A stretch of 64,000 bases of DNA from Chrysomallon squamiferum (GCA_012295275.1 CM022665.1:25172001-25236000), one strand, 5' to 3'; numbered from the stretch's first letter, positions 1 to 31,500 are shown. Numbers and translations are program-made. Notes: generated by a model not told the origin, from the sequence alone.

Positions 1-3000
1 AAACAAAAACACTAAGACAGTAGAAATATAAACAGTAATACCTGTCATAAAGAGCAGTTCTGTACTGACTGATCTGTGTCTCTTTCCACTCATATATTAT
101 ACACAATTACCATCACAGCTATACTTCCATGCAGTACTGGTTACTGAGGAAACACAGGCATGCAACAGGACGATCAAAATCCAATCTACATCATGGCTGA
201 CTACTGCAGCCAGTGTTACGTACAGAACACCAACATCAACATTTACCCAAAAGTATTGCAGAAAATACTGTTAAATTGAGTAATAATAGCTGTAATCTTC
301 TTGTCCCTAGACGAGAATGATTAATACACACACAAATGAGACTAAACTGCAGAAATTGTGAGTAGGCTGACTGTTGTTGCAAGTCAATTATTGTATTGAC
401 TGGTAAAAGGTATCATGTTAGATTATGAATTTTTCAGCACTTAGTTACATTATTTTACAATTAATTAACATGGACATTTTTACTGGCATGGTTCTGCAGA
501 GTGTCAGATAATTACAACTCATGTTTGTGTCAGAAAAATCAATAAACCTCTCCACATAATTTTCTGAGAAACAGCCAAGACTTGGATTTTCTTTTTAAAA
601 AATGTATTATTATTACAATTATTATTATTATTCCTTCATTTTTTTTATTATTATATTATTATTATTATTATTATTTTTTTTTTTTAATTTTGTAAAAACT
701 TTTACTCTTCAGCTTATTTTTGTAATCATTATTCTATTTGATTTTTGGAAAAAGTTTTTATGTTTATTTCCCATGACACTGTGAGATGAAATAATTATGT
801 GATGGTTTCCATAGTGAAACTGTCAGAGATAACTCTGTGAACCATTTTTGTCAATGTGATAATTAGCTGTGACGCAATCTTCACTTTTTTTTTTTTTTTA
901 ACTTAAACTCCGCAATTATCAGTACTTGTATTTATATACACAAATATATCTATGATTTATTGCATAATTATCTGTACACACAGATGCCAACAATGACTTT
1001 CATTACGGTATAAAATCATATAATGGCAATGTGTAAAAAAAAAATAATAATAATTATAATAAATAAATAACTTTAAAAATTAAAAATCCACAGAAGACAA
1101 AGAAAAGGTAGGGAAAAAAAATTCTCATGATTCATTTATATTATAATCATTCTTTACTTTAAAAAAAGAAAAAATATTATTAGTTTCCTGTTACATTTTA
1201 GATAACAGGATATGCTGACAGAAAAGATTTAACATGTTCTCTATGTCTGACAACTTATTAGCCAGAGTTATGTGACAAAGTCTAAATTCACTTTAAAATT
1301 TAACAAGTACTACAATACAGACATGCAAACACATTAATGAATGAAATTATTAATTAACAATTATTTGATATGAAACCAATTTTTTTTTATTTTTTTTTTA
1401 ACAATGATGATAATCTATTTTTTACTGTGGAGAAGTAATCCATGAACTCACCTTATCTCAAGCTGGATTCAAACCACTGAGCTGTAACATACTCTTTACA
1501 AAAAAGACTTAATAAATAATTCTAGTCTAACACTTAATAAAATTTAAAATAATAATAACAATAACAATAACAATAACAATAACAATAATGGCTAAAGAAG
1601 ATATATTAAACTGAGAAGATCATTCCAAAATATTTATGTGAATGAATTTTTGTAATTTTATTGTAAAAAAACAACAATAAAAGTCATAAATTATTTAAAA
1701 TATGTATCCAGAAGCTGTATTTAATTTATTTCATTGTAATACGTGTTACATATGAAGTATTCAAGTTTTTATGTGTGTATAATTAGAATATATTCATTAT
1801 GAATGATTATATTATAAAAATAACCTACTGTGATAAAAATCACTTGAAATGCGGAAAGATAACCTTTTAATTTTATACTATAGTTATACTATAGTAGATT
1901 TATTTAAATGTAATGGATATTTTGTAAATAATATTATGATCTTTTGTGGACAAAAACACACACACACACACTTTATTACATACATTTACCAGTCTAATTC
2001 TTGACTTCTGACCAATGCAGACATAAAACGGATATACTTCAGTTTACCATCTTACTAATGCATCAAATTTATTAACGTCAAAATTTATCAACCATGCCTT
2101 ATAATTAATTCTCTAACAACATTCTTACAATTTTTTAAATTTTGCTTCTTACTAAATAATCACTCAAATTACTGATAACAGTTTGGAGCTGAATATGATC
2201 TACATATATAAGTATTATCTACAATGGCAGATTAATATTTTATAAAACCACTACATGTTATATCACCAGGGACCTCTTTCAAGTCTGTATGTGCATGCAC
2301 ATGTTGAAGTAAATACATATCGTGTGTGTGTGTGTGTGTGATTATGATTTATAAAATATTACTGCATTCTGGTAACTGCATGTTAACAGTTACTCTTAAT
2401 GCCATTTTCTTATGTTTAACTGTCAAAAAAAAAAGAAGATAGTAATACAGTGTACACGAACTACACTGGTTACTTGCATTCTTAGCGATAAGTAATTTAA
2501 GATTATAGGCTGCTGAATAATATGCCTATATGAATTTTGTAAGTATAAGTTTTATTTATTATTAAAAATATCTGATTAGATGTATTAAAAAATCATTTTA
2601 CAGACACGAATATGAAATGTTGTGATACTGTGCCACTGCTACGCTTTACGTAAACTACATTCTAATTATTCGTATATTTGATTTCATAAAGGTTTGACGT
2701 CTGTGCAATTTAATAGCATTACGGTAAATGTTACCTTGTATTTTCATGTTATAATACAAATTACTGGCGGAAAAAGCACTCCATATTACATACGTATCAA
2801 ATGTACAAGTGTATCACTATACGTCGCAGAATCAGGTGCTCCAACATGATGCACAAGTATGAATTAACGACTTTCGTGTTTTCAGACATGAAACTCAAAC
2901 TTAAAGAATATATTTATTTTCCCCAAAAGACTGATATTATGTATACATTATGTAGCATATATTATCGTTATATAAACAGCATGACATAAAAAATACCTGA

Positions 3001-3325
3001 AACAAAATAAAATATAATTAATTTCTTACATTTCCTTATTCCTTAAATCTGTCGTCTTACTAAAACCGGAAATGCTAATGTTTCTGTTTTGCTAGCTTTA
3101 TCAGATCAACACAAAAATTCACAAAAGCCCGAGTCACCTGAATCTCGAAATCGACTATTGTTTTATTTCATAGTATTTTATTCTATTTAATATTATTATT
3201 ATTTGTTTGTTTTATTAATATTTGATTTCATTTTGTTTTATTTTATTACACTGTTGTTGACAGCTGTGTAACCGTACTCTTGTTCATTAGTAATTTTTTT
3301 TGTTTCAACAGAATTACCATAAAAT

Positions 3326-3356
<31 letters not shown>

Positions 3357-3707
3357 TTTCTTCTTCTTCTTATTATTATTAAAAAGAAAAAGAAAAAAGA
3401 TTTTAAAATTGTCATTAAACAAAAAATTTATTTTGTCCTGAATATTAAATTATTTCTATTTCTTGTAATTTTGTTCTCGTTGATGCATTTTAATTCATGT
3501 TTCTGCTTAAGTCAGTTCAAAATTATTTCACAAAAGCTTAAATAAAACTTTAAATAAATTATTTATAAAAAATATCAAAATTAAATTTGAAAAAAAGTAC
3601 TATAAAGAAGAAGATAAAGATGATTGTAATGATGATGATAATGAAGACGACGAAAACAAAATAATTAATTAATACAATAATTAACTTTTATTAAATAAAT
3701 AATAAAC

Positions 3708-3742
<35 letters not shown>

Positions 3743-3889
3743 TGAAATTAAAAAGTGTCTAAACTAAATATCAAACAGAGTGAAATATATACTTTAATGT
3801 AAAACCACAAATAAAATAAAATAAATACAGTGAAACCCCGATATTCAGATTTAACGCGAGGAGTTATAAAACCGAAGACGTGTGTGTGT

Positions 3890-3944
<55 letters not shown>

Positions 3945-4961
3945 CATTTTTTCTTCTTCTTTTAGTGTCAAAACAGGATAAACTTAGAGAAAAAGACAAT
4001 ATTTTTCTGAGGAAGACACCTTCAAGCACTGGATGCGATCGAGACTTAATCAAACTGAAGTTAATTTGTTTTAATTTCTACTGTAACAACTACGATTTAT
4101 TCGGGGAATTATTTAATTCAAACATAATTTACTTGCCAGAAGACAAATGTGCAAACAAACAAACAAAAGTATCAAACGATGAAAACTGGGTTATTTTGGG
4201 ACATGTTAGGGCCACTTTAACCGCTGATTTTCTTGTACCCCGATTTTTTCGCCATGTCATTTTATGGATCCCAGTGAACATGTTACAACAGAGCCAAACT
4301 ATGAATAAACACATTAACGATCAATAAGTTCTATTAAATTTAAGGATGATTCACCCTGGCCAATCACTTGAATGGTTTTACAACCCACTAGTATCACCAC
4401 TATATTTAAACTGAATTTCAGGCCGTTCTGGAATACAAACAGTCCTTTAGTCTCGTGACATGATTATAATTTTAAGTGCAGAAAGAACACGCGGTGGGTT
4501 TTGTTACCTTATCGTAATTCACGCTTCGCCTGTTCGTCGGGCACCATAGGTCATAGTTGTTTACCAGTTTTTGTAGGTCGTGGCATAGATAGATATCTGC
4601 GAAACATTAACTAATTTCAGTGCTTGTGGTTCAATAGCATATTTGTGGTTATAGGTTGTTTCTCATACTGACGCTAGCTAACTGAAAGATGATACCAATA
4701 AAAAAATAAAAATTTTATAAATAAAGTTTTCTGCACTTTTCACACATAAACGCAACCATACACACATTCACAGCTTATTTGCACGCATATATGAAAGAAA
4801 ACTCGAGAACACATAAATATTGAATAAATAATTGTTGTTTGTCCTGTGTTCTAGAATTTTCCATTCAAAATTTCGTTACACAAGGTCAGCCTAACACGTA
4901 TCTATAAATGATCCGTAATATTTATATGTGTGTGTGGGAGTGTAAGAGTGCGTGTGCCTTT

Positions 4962-5028
<67 letters not shown>

Positions 5029-6956
5029 GATATTAAATGTCAGTCGTAATCCATTCCTGGGTAATGCAAGCTTGGCTTTGTAAAACTAACCCTATGTTTA
5101 TTGTTTTTCTGTAACTATGTCTACTATCACATGAGAATGAATCATCAAGGTATCCATTACGCGCGTCCTCCCCTTTCAATCCCATGCCCCCATTCATCCT
5201 TGAATTCAAATAACCGTGTTATTTGTTTGACCAATTTCAGATAAAAATCCACTTAATTTAATCATGTAGATCTGAAGTTATTATGTATTAGACTGATCAC
5301 ACACAGCTAAATAGTCTAAAATCTTTTTTTTTTTTTTTTTTTTTTTATGTGACATTGAAAAACAATGCAGTTCAAAGTTACACATTACCTTTTATGCACT
5401 ACCTTGTGGAATCGTATTACATGTATTTAATTATATATATTACATGTACAAGCATTTATAGGTTACTTGCCACAAAATGAATTTCCAGCGGTAACGATAT
5501 TATTATTTTAAAAATATCTTTATTTAATGCCTTTACGAGAAATTCAATTTTAAAAGGGGTTTAGAATTACATTTGCAGCTCCATTTATTTCATTTAGATT
5601 TGATGTATTTTTAGAAAAGTGTGTATTGTAATATAACGCTAACTTCTTTGGCGAAAATGTAATATATATAGGCCTATATATATATATATTTTCCCGATGT
5701 TCGCTGATGCAAGAAAGAGTAACTAAACATTTGCTTCAGGTTATGATGTCAATACAGCTAGTTATACGTCTACTCGTGCTAGAATACAAAAGAAAAAAAA
5801 AAATTTATAACGGATATTTTAGGGTTTGATTAGTACATATTTTACCGAAAGGAAGCTTTATTTGTATTTAAATCAAATTTGTAAACCTTTGAAAACAGAA
5901 AGTGTGGATAGGTGACTGACTGACTAGATGAAAAAAAAAAGAAAGAAAAAAAAAGAAGTAAACCACATTAAAGGCAACCTGTCCCAGCTATAAGTTTAAC
6001 TCTGTGTACGTGGGAAGATAAAAAGACTCACACACAAACACACCATAACCAGGTAATTATACAAACGTCTTTCAACCACAAAGGGAACGAACTTTAATAT
6101 TTCGCCAACCACAATATACGGTTAAAAAAAAAAAAAATTATTGGATGAAGTAAATATGCTTAATAATGCTATACACATGATCGAATTACATTATTATATG
6201 GTTTATGTAGACAACCACGCTACCGTTGACCTTACTTCATCAGTGTGTCAGCATCTTCCAAACGTTAGTCACGTATTTAGAACAGATTTAAACTTGAGAT
6301 GCTGAGATATAACAAGAATGTGCAGTCACTATTCAGCTGTTGTCGAAAGATGGTGGGTTACTTTTGAGACTGTTGCTTAGAAAAAACAAGTTTAGTCAAC
6401 ATGTTGTGATATTAAATGCGTCTTCAAAAGAATATAATCAAAAAGGACAAAAATTAAAATGATAAAATCACCAAGGAGAAAAACTTGGAAGTATCCTCGG
6501 GAGTCAGGGAACGCTGTGCTCACTGGCGCGGATTTTTCATATATCCTTTTTCTTTCTTTCTTTTTTTAAATTTTTTAAAATTTCTTTTATTTATTTTTTT
6601 TCATTTTTTGCGACATATTAAAAGAAAAATCTTTTAGCGATCCAGAATAAAAAGGTGTTGACAATACGTTTCAATTCTGAAATATATATATAAAAAAAAA
6701 AAAACTTCTAAAAATTAATGCATACGTAAGCAAGTAAGAAACACACGTTGACATCAACGTACATACATGCAGCTAGCTATTCATGGGGGCATAAAAGCAC
6801 CCTACGTATGCATATGCTCTAACTTTAACACAGACATAAAGATAAAATTACAAACAAAACTGTACAAATAATAATAATGATCATCATGAAGCATGCACTT
6901 CATTCAATGATTTCTGTTAAATCTTTCAAGTACCTGCCGTTTTTTTTTTTCTTCAG

Positions 6957-7031
<75 letters not shown>

Positions 7032-7660
7032 AAAATACGAAGGGAAAAAAGAAAAAGAAAAAGAAACCAATAAAAACAACATATCAAAAACGGAATAAGA
7101 ACATTAAAGAACAATAATAATAAGAATACAAACTTTGACTATCCACGTTCACTGAATTTAATAGCTAAATATGATGTTTTATTTCGGTTAGAAATCAGGT
7201 ATAAAACATAATATCATCGAGTTTTCAAAGCCTTATAAGTCAATAAAATATTTATAAAAAAAAAATACTAATCTAACCAAACATAATTAATAGGAATGTA
7301 TTCAAGACCTGACTATGTTCCACTAACATTTTCCCTTCATGGGTGGAGAAATAGCATACCTTTAATTGGCACCTGTCAGTATTGTTCATTGATTTCCCAC
7401 TTCCTAACAATACATATTGCTTTTGTGTCGCCTGTAATCTACATCAGTAGTTAACCTGACTCGTATTACCATTTAGCAATGCCTCGTAACCATGGCAGCG
7501 GTACGGAGATATACATATTTCAGATCCTCTGCTTTTCAGTGTTAGTTTAAAAAGATTGTTGTCTTCTTAGCCTGCGTTACTTCATTTATCGATATTTTAT
7601 ATAATACATCTGTCAGCTGTTGATTTTGTACGACGGTGCACCAAACTATTTTTTGTTCTG

Positions 7661-7711
<51 letters not shown>

Positions 7712-8253
7712 AAAGAAAAGAAAGAATATTATAAAAATGCACAACGAATATCGCCTACTTTTCAAAAAAGGATGTACATGTATGTGATATACAAAGCACA
7801 AAAACATTCTAATTATTCATTTTTGATCTCTCATCCCTTTTCTGTTTGGTTGCGATGGTAACGGAACAAAAGTCGTCTGACGAACAAAAAAAAAAGTATT
7901 CAATAGGTTATTGTATTTTCGTAATTATTATTTATAAGATGTTTACTTTCATTACTTATACTGAACAATTACTTTAATCCTGGGTTCTAATATTAATAAA
8001 TCCATATTTTGTTACATTCAGTATTACAGAAGAAAAGAATGAGTGGGAACGTCTGCAGTGTGTGTGTGTGTGTGTGTGGTGTGTGTGTGTGTGCGTGCGT
8101 ATGTGTGTGTGTGTATGTGTGTGTATGTGTGTGATCGCGAGTGCGCATAATGGTTGAGATTAAATAAGTGTGATGGACATTTACTGTTGCATTTATTAAT
8201 GGATAAATGGGTTGATAGTTGAAGCAAAGACAGGTAGGTGGGTGGGTGTTTAT

Positions 8254-8290
<37 letters not shown>

Positions 8291-11233
8291 CGTAGATATG
8301 TATATGTATATTTGCAGCTACAGCGTAAATATTTGTGTTCATTCATCACCCATCATTTGATTAATTTAATCGTTTCATCTATTTCTATTCATCTTTTTAA
8401 AATAAATTTTGCAGTGTTTAATCTATTTTTCTGACGTTTATTGTTTAAAAAAAACTGCAAATAAAACTTGCTATTCAGTAAAAGATTTGAGACATTGATC
8501 AAATACTCGAAAGAATAAAAAATTTGAAGAAAAAGTGAAAAAAAAAAAATAAATAAACGAAAACAAAAGAAAACATAACTGTATCGCTAAAGATGAAATG
8601 TGAGAAAATATCCAATGACCCAAAGTTGTTTTTTTTTCATTTTTCGTTGGATTTTTAAAAAAGAAAAATGTCTTCTAATTTTTTTTTTTTTTTTTTTTTT
8701 TTCTGCTGCTGTACTTGAAACCGAAAGAAAAAAAGAAAAAAAAAAGAAATATGAAATGATTTTACTTTTAAATGACGTATGGCTACGTGGTCGTCTAAAA
8801 ATCGACTCCGTTAACTAGTAAAGGAAATTATCGGGACATGTGTCACCAGCAACCTAATCTGTCTAACTGACAGAATCAGCACTAGCTTCTTCATCAATAA
8901 GCACTGAAATTCTAGCTTAAGAGCAAATTACAGTTAACCCTTCGTATGCTAAGTACGTTTTGTTTTATTTCACTGTGGTTAGTATTGCTGGCTGTTATTG
9001 ATCTTCACGAAGAAGAAGAAGAATATTATAACGATGATATTGTAAAAGACAAAGATGATATTGATGATGCAAACGAAATGAAGAAGACGATTGTAAAGAA
9101 TGAGAAATAATGTTCAAAATAATGATGATGATGATGATGATGGAGATAAAGAAGAATATGTTGCTGAAGAAAACGAAACGAAAATGACGATTGTAAAGAA
9201 ATAGAAACATCGTTGAAGATGACAATGATAATGAGGTTGTTGCTGATGATGATGGATAGAAAGAAAATTGTGATAATGAAAATTAAAAAAATTCTATAAT
9301 TATTGCTGTTGCAATCATTCTAACAGTTAAAATTCAATAACCATCATAAATAAAGATCTACTGATATTTTAATTTAACTGTTGCTGACTTCAAGCTTTGC
9401 ATACAAACTACGCATATTCATATCTATCTTTAATTGCCCTTACTTTCTAGAAACGACTGCTAGTATACCTGCGTCTCAATTAATTCTTAGTTGAAGATAT
9501 TATACTAAAAGGAAACGATTTTACCTTGAAATTAGAAGGCCACCATTGCATCGAGTATTTTGGGGACAGATTCGCTTCTTATTTCTTTGTCTTTTAGAAA
9601 GAGTATAGAAGGAAAGAAAGAAAGAAAGAAAGAAAAAACAGTAGAGAGACAGTGGACGAAAGCTAGTTTGGAAGGAACAAAATTTTATACAAGAGTTGTT
9701 TTTAAAATTTAGAAGCTAATGCCCTGAGCCATGATCATCATGATGATTATCACATCACTGTCATCATCATCATTATTATCATCATCATCATCATCATCAT
9801 CATTATCATAAAATAATATTTTTTAACTTGTTTTTAAAATACTGAAATACTTACAAGGTCGATAGATACACTAATACGAATAAGAAACAGTTCAACGAAA
9901 ACATTTGAGAGGGAAATCCAAAAATGTAAGGGTATAAAACTAATAGTATGCAAATAAGCAATCAGTAGGAACGAAAACAAACAGCCAGTATAATAGTCTG
10001 TCATTATTTATATATATCACAATTCCATCTTAGGTCTGAAAAAATGTCTGGGATGTGTTGTCCTCAAGGAATTATCTTTATTTATTTTATTTTATTTATT
10101 TATTTATATTTATTTAATTAATTTTTTTATCATTTATTTATTTTCTTGTCTCGAAGCGCTGTTTATGAATTAGTTTTTAATAACTTTAGTAAATTCTTTA
10201 GAAACATCTGTCCACTACTTCAGATCACTGTGATATCGAATTTCCAAGAGGTTGTGCCCATAACCTATCCTTTTCTGCCATTAAACTTTATGTATGCACT
10301 TTAATATATATATCTATATATATCCATAATCCAGCCGTATCTAATAAAGAATAAGTGCAAAAAGAACGAAAGTACAAAAAGTGGAGAGAAAACAAATTTA
10401 GTCGATTGTTCTTATGTCGCTAATAAAAGTTTAATCAGCCTTTTTCATGAACATTATTGATTATCAATATAATCGTTAGAAATTATTGTTTAACTATACG
10501 TCTCTGAATCTCATCGGGTTTTAAACCTAAAACATGTCATTTTATGGTATTCCAAAAGGGAATTTGATGTTTTTGCTCTATCGACAAAATAATAATTAGG
10601 TATATTCAGCTCCAAACAGTTTTTCGAGACTGGTATGACCTATGGCGTTATATATTAGCTTTTAACGTGTCCATCAAGATTACGAAACTTTAGCATCAAG
10701 TTTACTGAACTGTCACTTACTACCAATATTACCATTACCATTACTACTATTACTACTACTTCTATCACCTCTACTAATACTCCTAATGGAACCACTATCA
10801 CCACTGCTCCTATTACTAATACTATCAGAGTATTATCTTACTGCTATTAGTACAGCTACTGTTGTTACTACTAGTGGTAGTTACTGCATTAAGTATTATT
10901 ATTACTATTGTCATCATCATTATTATTAGCAGTAGTAGTAGCAATAATAGCAGTAGCAGTAGTATTAGTAGTAATAGTAGCAGCAGCAGCAGTAATTATT
11001 TTAGTTGAAGTTTATAAATTATTATTGCACAAATCGTACAAAAAGTGGAACAAGATTCGTTCTTTTCATAAATGACGACTTTGTTTAAGATAAAGATCTA
11101 CTGTGGGATCTTTTTTTACCAGACAAAATGGTCAAGAACAATCAAATTAATGAAATAATATTTAATGAAATCCCAGCACATTTTATAGAATAATTATTAG
11201 GCATCATTTATGTGATTTGTAAAACTGTTTACA

Positions 11234-11276
11234 TATAATGGAGAATTTGCAAGTACCTCTTGATATGTGCAGATAA

Positions 11277-11327
<51 letters not shown>

Positions 11328-11366
11328 CAGCAGCAGCAGCAGCAGCAGCAGTATAATGGAGAATTT
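11234..11366 (+). mobile_element. 5'-truncated non-LTR retroelement tail with 15-bp target-site duplication
   Basis: TATAATGGAGAATTT occurs at 11234-11248 and 11352-11366. The two copies flank about 30 unique nt followed by (AGT)n(AGC)n. Confidence 0.5.
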
Positions 11367-12716
11367 TTGAATATGCCGCTAGTAGTTTGTTGACCTGCCA
11401 CATGATAACATAATGGGTTGTTTTGAAAAACCTTTTTTCCTGTTTTAATATTTGTTCTAGCTTTGATATCACAGCAATATGCATATGGAATGCGCTGGCA
11501 AGACTGTATTTATATAGGGGCTTTGCTTAGGGACCAGTTTCTGTTTCCAGCATTTTCTGTGGTCCGGCTGTGACCAGATCCAGTTGTTGCCGGTTTTATG
11601 AGTTTCAGCCTATAGTAGTAACATCAACAACAATTATAATGATTATAATATAATAATAATAATCATCATCATCAACATCATTATAATCATAATTCGCCTC
11701 GAATGGAGCGAGATAAATTAGTATTATTGTTATTATTGTTGTTGTTGTTGCTGCTGCTACTGCTGCTGTTACTGCTACTGCTGCTGTTACTGCTACTACT
11801 ATTTCACCTTTTTAATACGTGATTACCAAATACAATGCTTGCTAAGTAATTTCCGTTCACGTCAGTGCAGCTTTATTTAAATATATTTTGAATTTTGACT
11901 CTATAATAAATCAAACTTGACATAACGAAATGAAAACGTGTGCCCTATGACCTCCTCTGAATAATAATCATGTAACGTCACAACAATGACTTACAGCGGA
12001 GGAAACATTCTAGAGTCACAATACTCATACCGTTTTAAGTATAGTTAACAATAATGTATACAAGGAAAAAATTGGTTTAAATCCAGTACTTTCATATCAT
12101 ATTATTTTAAGAGCAATATAAAATATCTGAGAGTCAGAACAGAAACGTAATGCTCTGTCGAATATCAGTACAGGTCCAGCGTTTCAATCGGAGAACAAAA
12201 TACCGAGCGGGTAACGTAGACAGCCCAGTGTGCGAGTGTTAGATGGGAAAATTCTTTGTTACAAACACGTGGACTGTCATGTGTTATTCTGTGCATGATT
12301 TAAAGTAGAGTAGTCCAGACAGCTGGTATAAACTTGTGAATTATTTCATATTCTGTTAAAGTCTGTACTTTTTAAATATATTTTCAGAAGAGTGTCAGTA
12401 TTAAAGTTATATAAACACTAATCCTGCAGTAACAAGCAGCAGCGCTAACGTCATCAACAACAGAAGTAATAACAAAATAAAAAGTAACAGTAGTAGTATC
12501 CGTAGAAGCAGAAGATAAAGAAAGAAATGAAAAGAAAAAAACCACACCAAAAAAAAAAAAAAAAAACGAAAAACCAAATAAATAAATGAAAAACTCGAAA
12601 ACGTATTTATTAAAATATTTATTGTAGCTCAAAGGTTGAACAATGAAATCACAAAGCCTGCTTTGTGATTCAGTACGTTAATCAAATAAACCCAGATTAA
12701 TGAATATATTTTTAAT

Positions 12717-12955
12717 ACAAAGATATTACACAAAGTTAAAGATAAGGCAAATATCACACAGAAGTTATAAAATATATTTCTTGTTTCACAAAATATGTAT
12801 TAAAGTAGATTTAACGTAGAAAGTATTGATGTAGATTTTTTTTTACACAAAATATATTAAAGTAGATTTAGTACAAAATTATCAAAGCAGTTTTAACACA
12901 AAATGATTAAAGAAGATTTTACACAAAATGTATTAGAACAGATTTAACATAAATG
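12717..12955. repeat. Degenerate ~25-30 bp tandem repeat (ACAAAATATRTATTAAAGTAGATTTAAC-like)
   Basis: Recurrent units such as acaaaatatgtattaaagtagatttaac, acaaaatatattaaagtagatttagt, acaaaattatcaaagcagttttaac, acaaaatgattaaagaagattttac and acaaaatgtattagaacagatttaac. Confidence 0.7.
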
Positions 12956-14000
12956 TGGATTCACCATCCATGAATTTCCAGAAACCAAAGGTTTTTATAG
13001 ACATGATAACATTTGTACTGGTAAATCTGACTGACTGACATCAGGTTATAGACGGTGCCAAAACATTACGCGATAAAATGTTGTTTGGAATAAGTTAATG
13101 GAGGTGGAACAAATAGCACTTTAGGTAATATTTTTAATCTGAGGAAAGCACTTAATTCTGTTGTGCATATATGAATAAATAATCCTGAGAAAAGTATCGT
13201 TTTACTTTTGACAAATCAAACAGATGCAGGTAATTCAGCAGTTTAGTCATCAAGTCGAAAGACCGGCTTTGCAACCTATTCATAAACATACTGAATATAT
13301 ACAGACAGATGAATAGCTTTCTGATTAAAGAATCAATCATTATTTTCAAAAAAAATAAGGAAAAGAAAAAGAAAAAAATATATATATTATTTCTTGACTC
13401 CGGGCTAGTGGCAACGCTGTTTGATCCCATACACTTGGGATTTCTTTCGAAAAATAAACAAGGGCCAGCCGTGTTTACTTTTCACCGGTTTCACATTTAA
13501 ATAAAAAACAAATACCACAAGCCAGAAGTCAGATTAAAGCTGTTACAAATGCTAGATAAAATGTCATTTTCTCTGATAATAAATAAATAAATAAATAAAT
13601 AATAATAATAAATTAAATTAATTCATTAATTATTTATTTCATTAATTAATAATTTAAAAAAAAAAAAATTAAAAAAAGAAAAGAAAATTATTATTACTAA
13701 AATCAGGAACGTTTAATGATAGCGTTTTAAGACATCAAAATTCCCGATGCCGAAGACGACAGAAATTAAACTAAGGATGTTCTAAATGAAAGGCGAAAAA
13801 AGTAGAGAAACAAACACAATGTCTAATTATAATCGGTGATCAAAATGTCACACAGTTTCAGCATTTTTACAAGCCAGTGTAATTGCATGCAAAACAAGGT
13901 GACTTCAAACAAATAACAAAATCAAGATGATTTCATTCAAATAAAACATATAGGCCTTTAAGCAAAAAATAGATTTGTCGGCCAGCGACGGAACAAAATA

Positions 14001-14006
14001 TTTATT
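14001..14006 (-). terminator. Candidate polyadenylation signal AATAAA for the NPAS4-like gene
   Basis: The first minus-strand AATAAA I found, about 580 nt downstream of the stop. The hexamer is common in this AT-rich DNA, so support is weak. Confidence 0.25.
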
Positions 14007-14582
14007 ATGTATGTATGCCTAGGGTAAACAAATGAAATTGCTGACTATCGACAAAATATATATGTGACATGAAACTACCACTAAGAAGAAAAATAGTAAA
14101 TTCAAAATATATATAACAAAACAATACTAGCGCCTTTTACAGCACTTAATTTTTACGTTCAACGTAAAGACTATCAATATATTTTTTTAAAAAACGAGAC
14201 ATAATAAATGCTTATAATTATAATCAAAAAACCTGACCAGCAGTGGTCAATCTCACGCAAGGCACAGGAATATTTAAAACAGAAACAAACAGTTCATCAA
14301 GACTGTATATATAGTCATTAAAACAATTTAACTTTCATTGTTTGTTTTGTATTTTTTCTGCACTGTACAAAGTGCACGTCGGTACAGTCGAATTTTGCAA
14401 TGCCGTCCACAGCATCAACAGTTTGTAATAAATACAGCTGACCAGCAGCAGACGAAGCTTTGCCCGTCCAGCGGGAAGTTTCCAATATGCAAGTTACCCA
14501 GGACCATCTGTCCATTAATGGGTAGTCACATGGCAATATGCCATACAAAAAAGAAATTGTAAGAGACGCTTACACACTGTTC

Positions 14583-31303
<16,721 letters not shown>

Positions 31304-31439
31304 GTAGAGTGTATTAGAAAGCTTAACACATAAAACAAAATAATATTACAAAGTCTAAATAAAAACAGTTTTTCGACGGACCAGCCGTCTGTAAATAACA
31401 CTATACACTTCGTCGGGAAGCGGAGCTCAACTGGGTAAA

Positions 31440-31500
31440 TGACATCATTACCTGTCGCATATCTATACCGCATTTGTCACGTGACGCGACGCCATTGGCT
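31440..31500 (-). promoter_or_regulatory. Putative core promoter: CCAAT box, palindromic E-box GTCACGTGAC overlapping a half-CRE, TATA-like TATAGATA
   Basis: On the minus strand: AGCCAAT (CCAAT at 31498-31494), GTCACGTGAC 31476-31485 running into TGACGC, TATAGATA 31467-31460 and TGACATCA 31440-31447. The order and spacing fit a promoter 140-200 bp upstream of the ATG, in a locally CpG-rich patch. Confidence 0.6.

Noticed and set aside
130-280. Possible terminal coding exon of a neighbouring gene
   Set aside because: All three plus-strand frames give short, unrecognisable peptides, so a call cannot be supported.
1425-1490. B-box-like GGTTTGAATCC on the minus strand (tRNA or SINE)
   Set aside because: No convincing A-box or cloverleaf was found; at most a decayed SINE fragment.
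13576-13620. Overlapping AUUUA AU-rich element on the minus strand
   Set aside because: (TAAA)n tracts are ubiquitous in this window, and the 3'UTR extent is unknown.
14318-14562. Short ORFs just past the stop codon
   Set aside because: They lie in the presumptive 3'UTR and show no recognisable homology.
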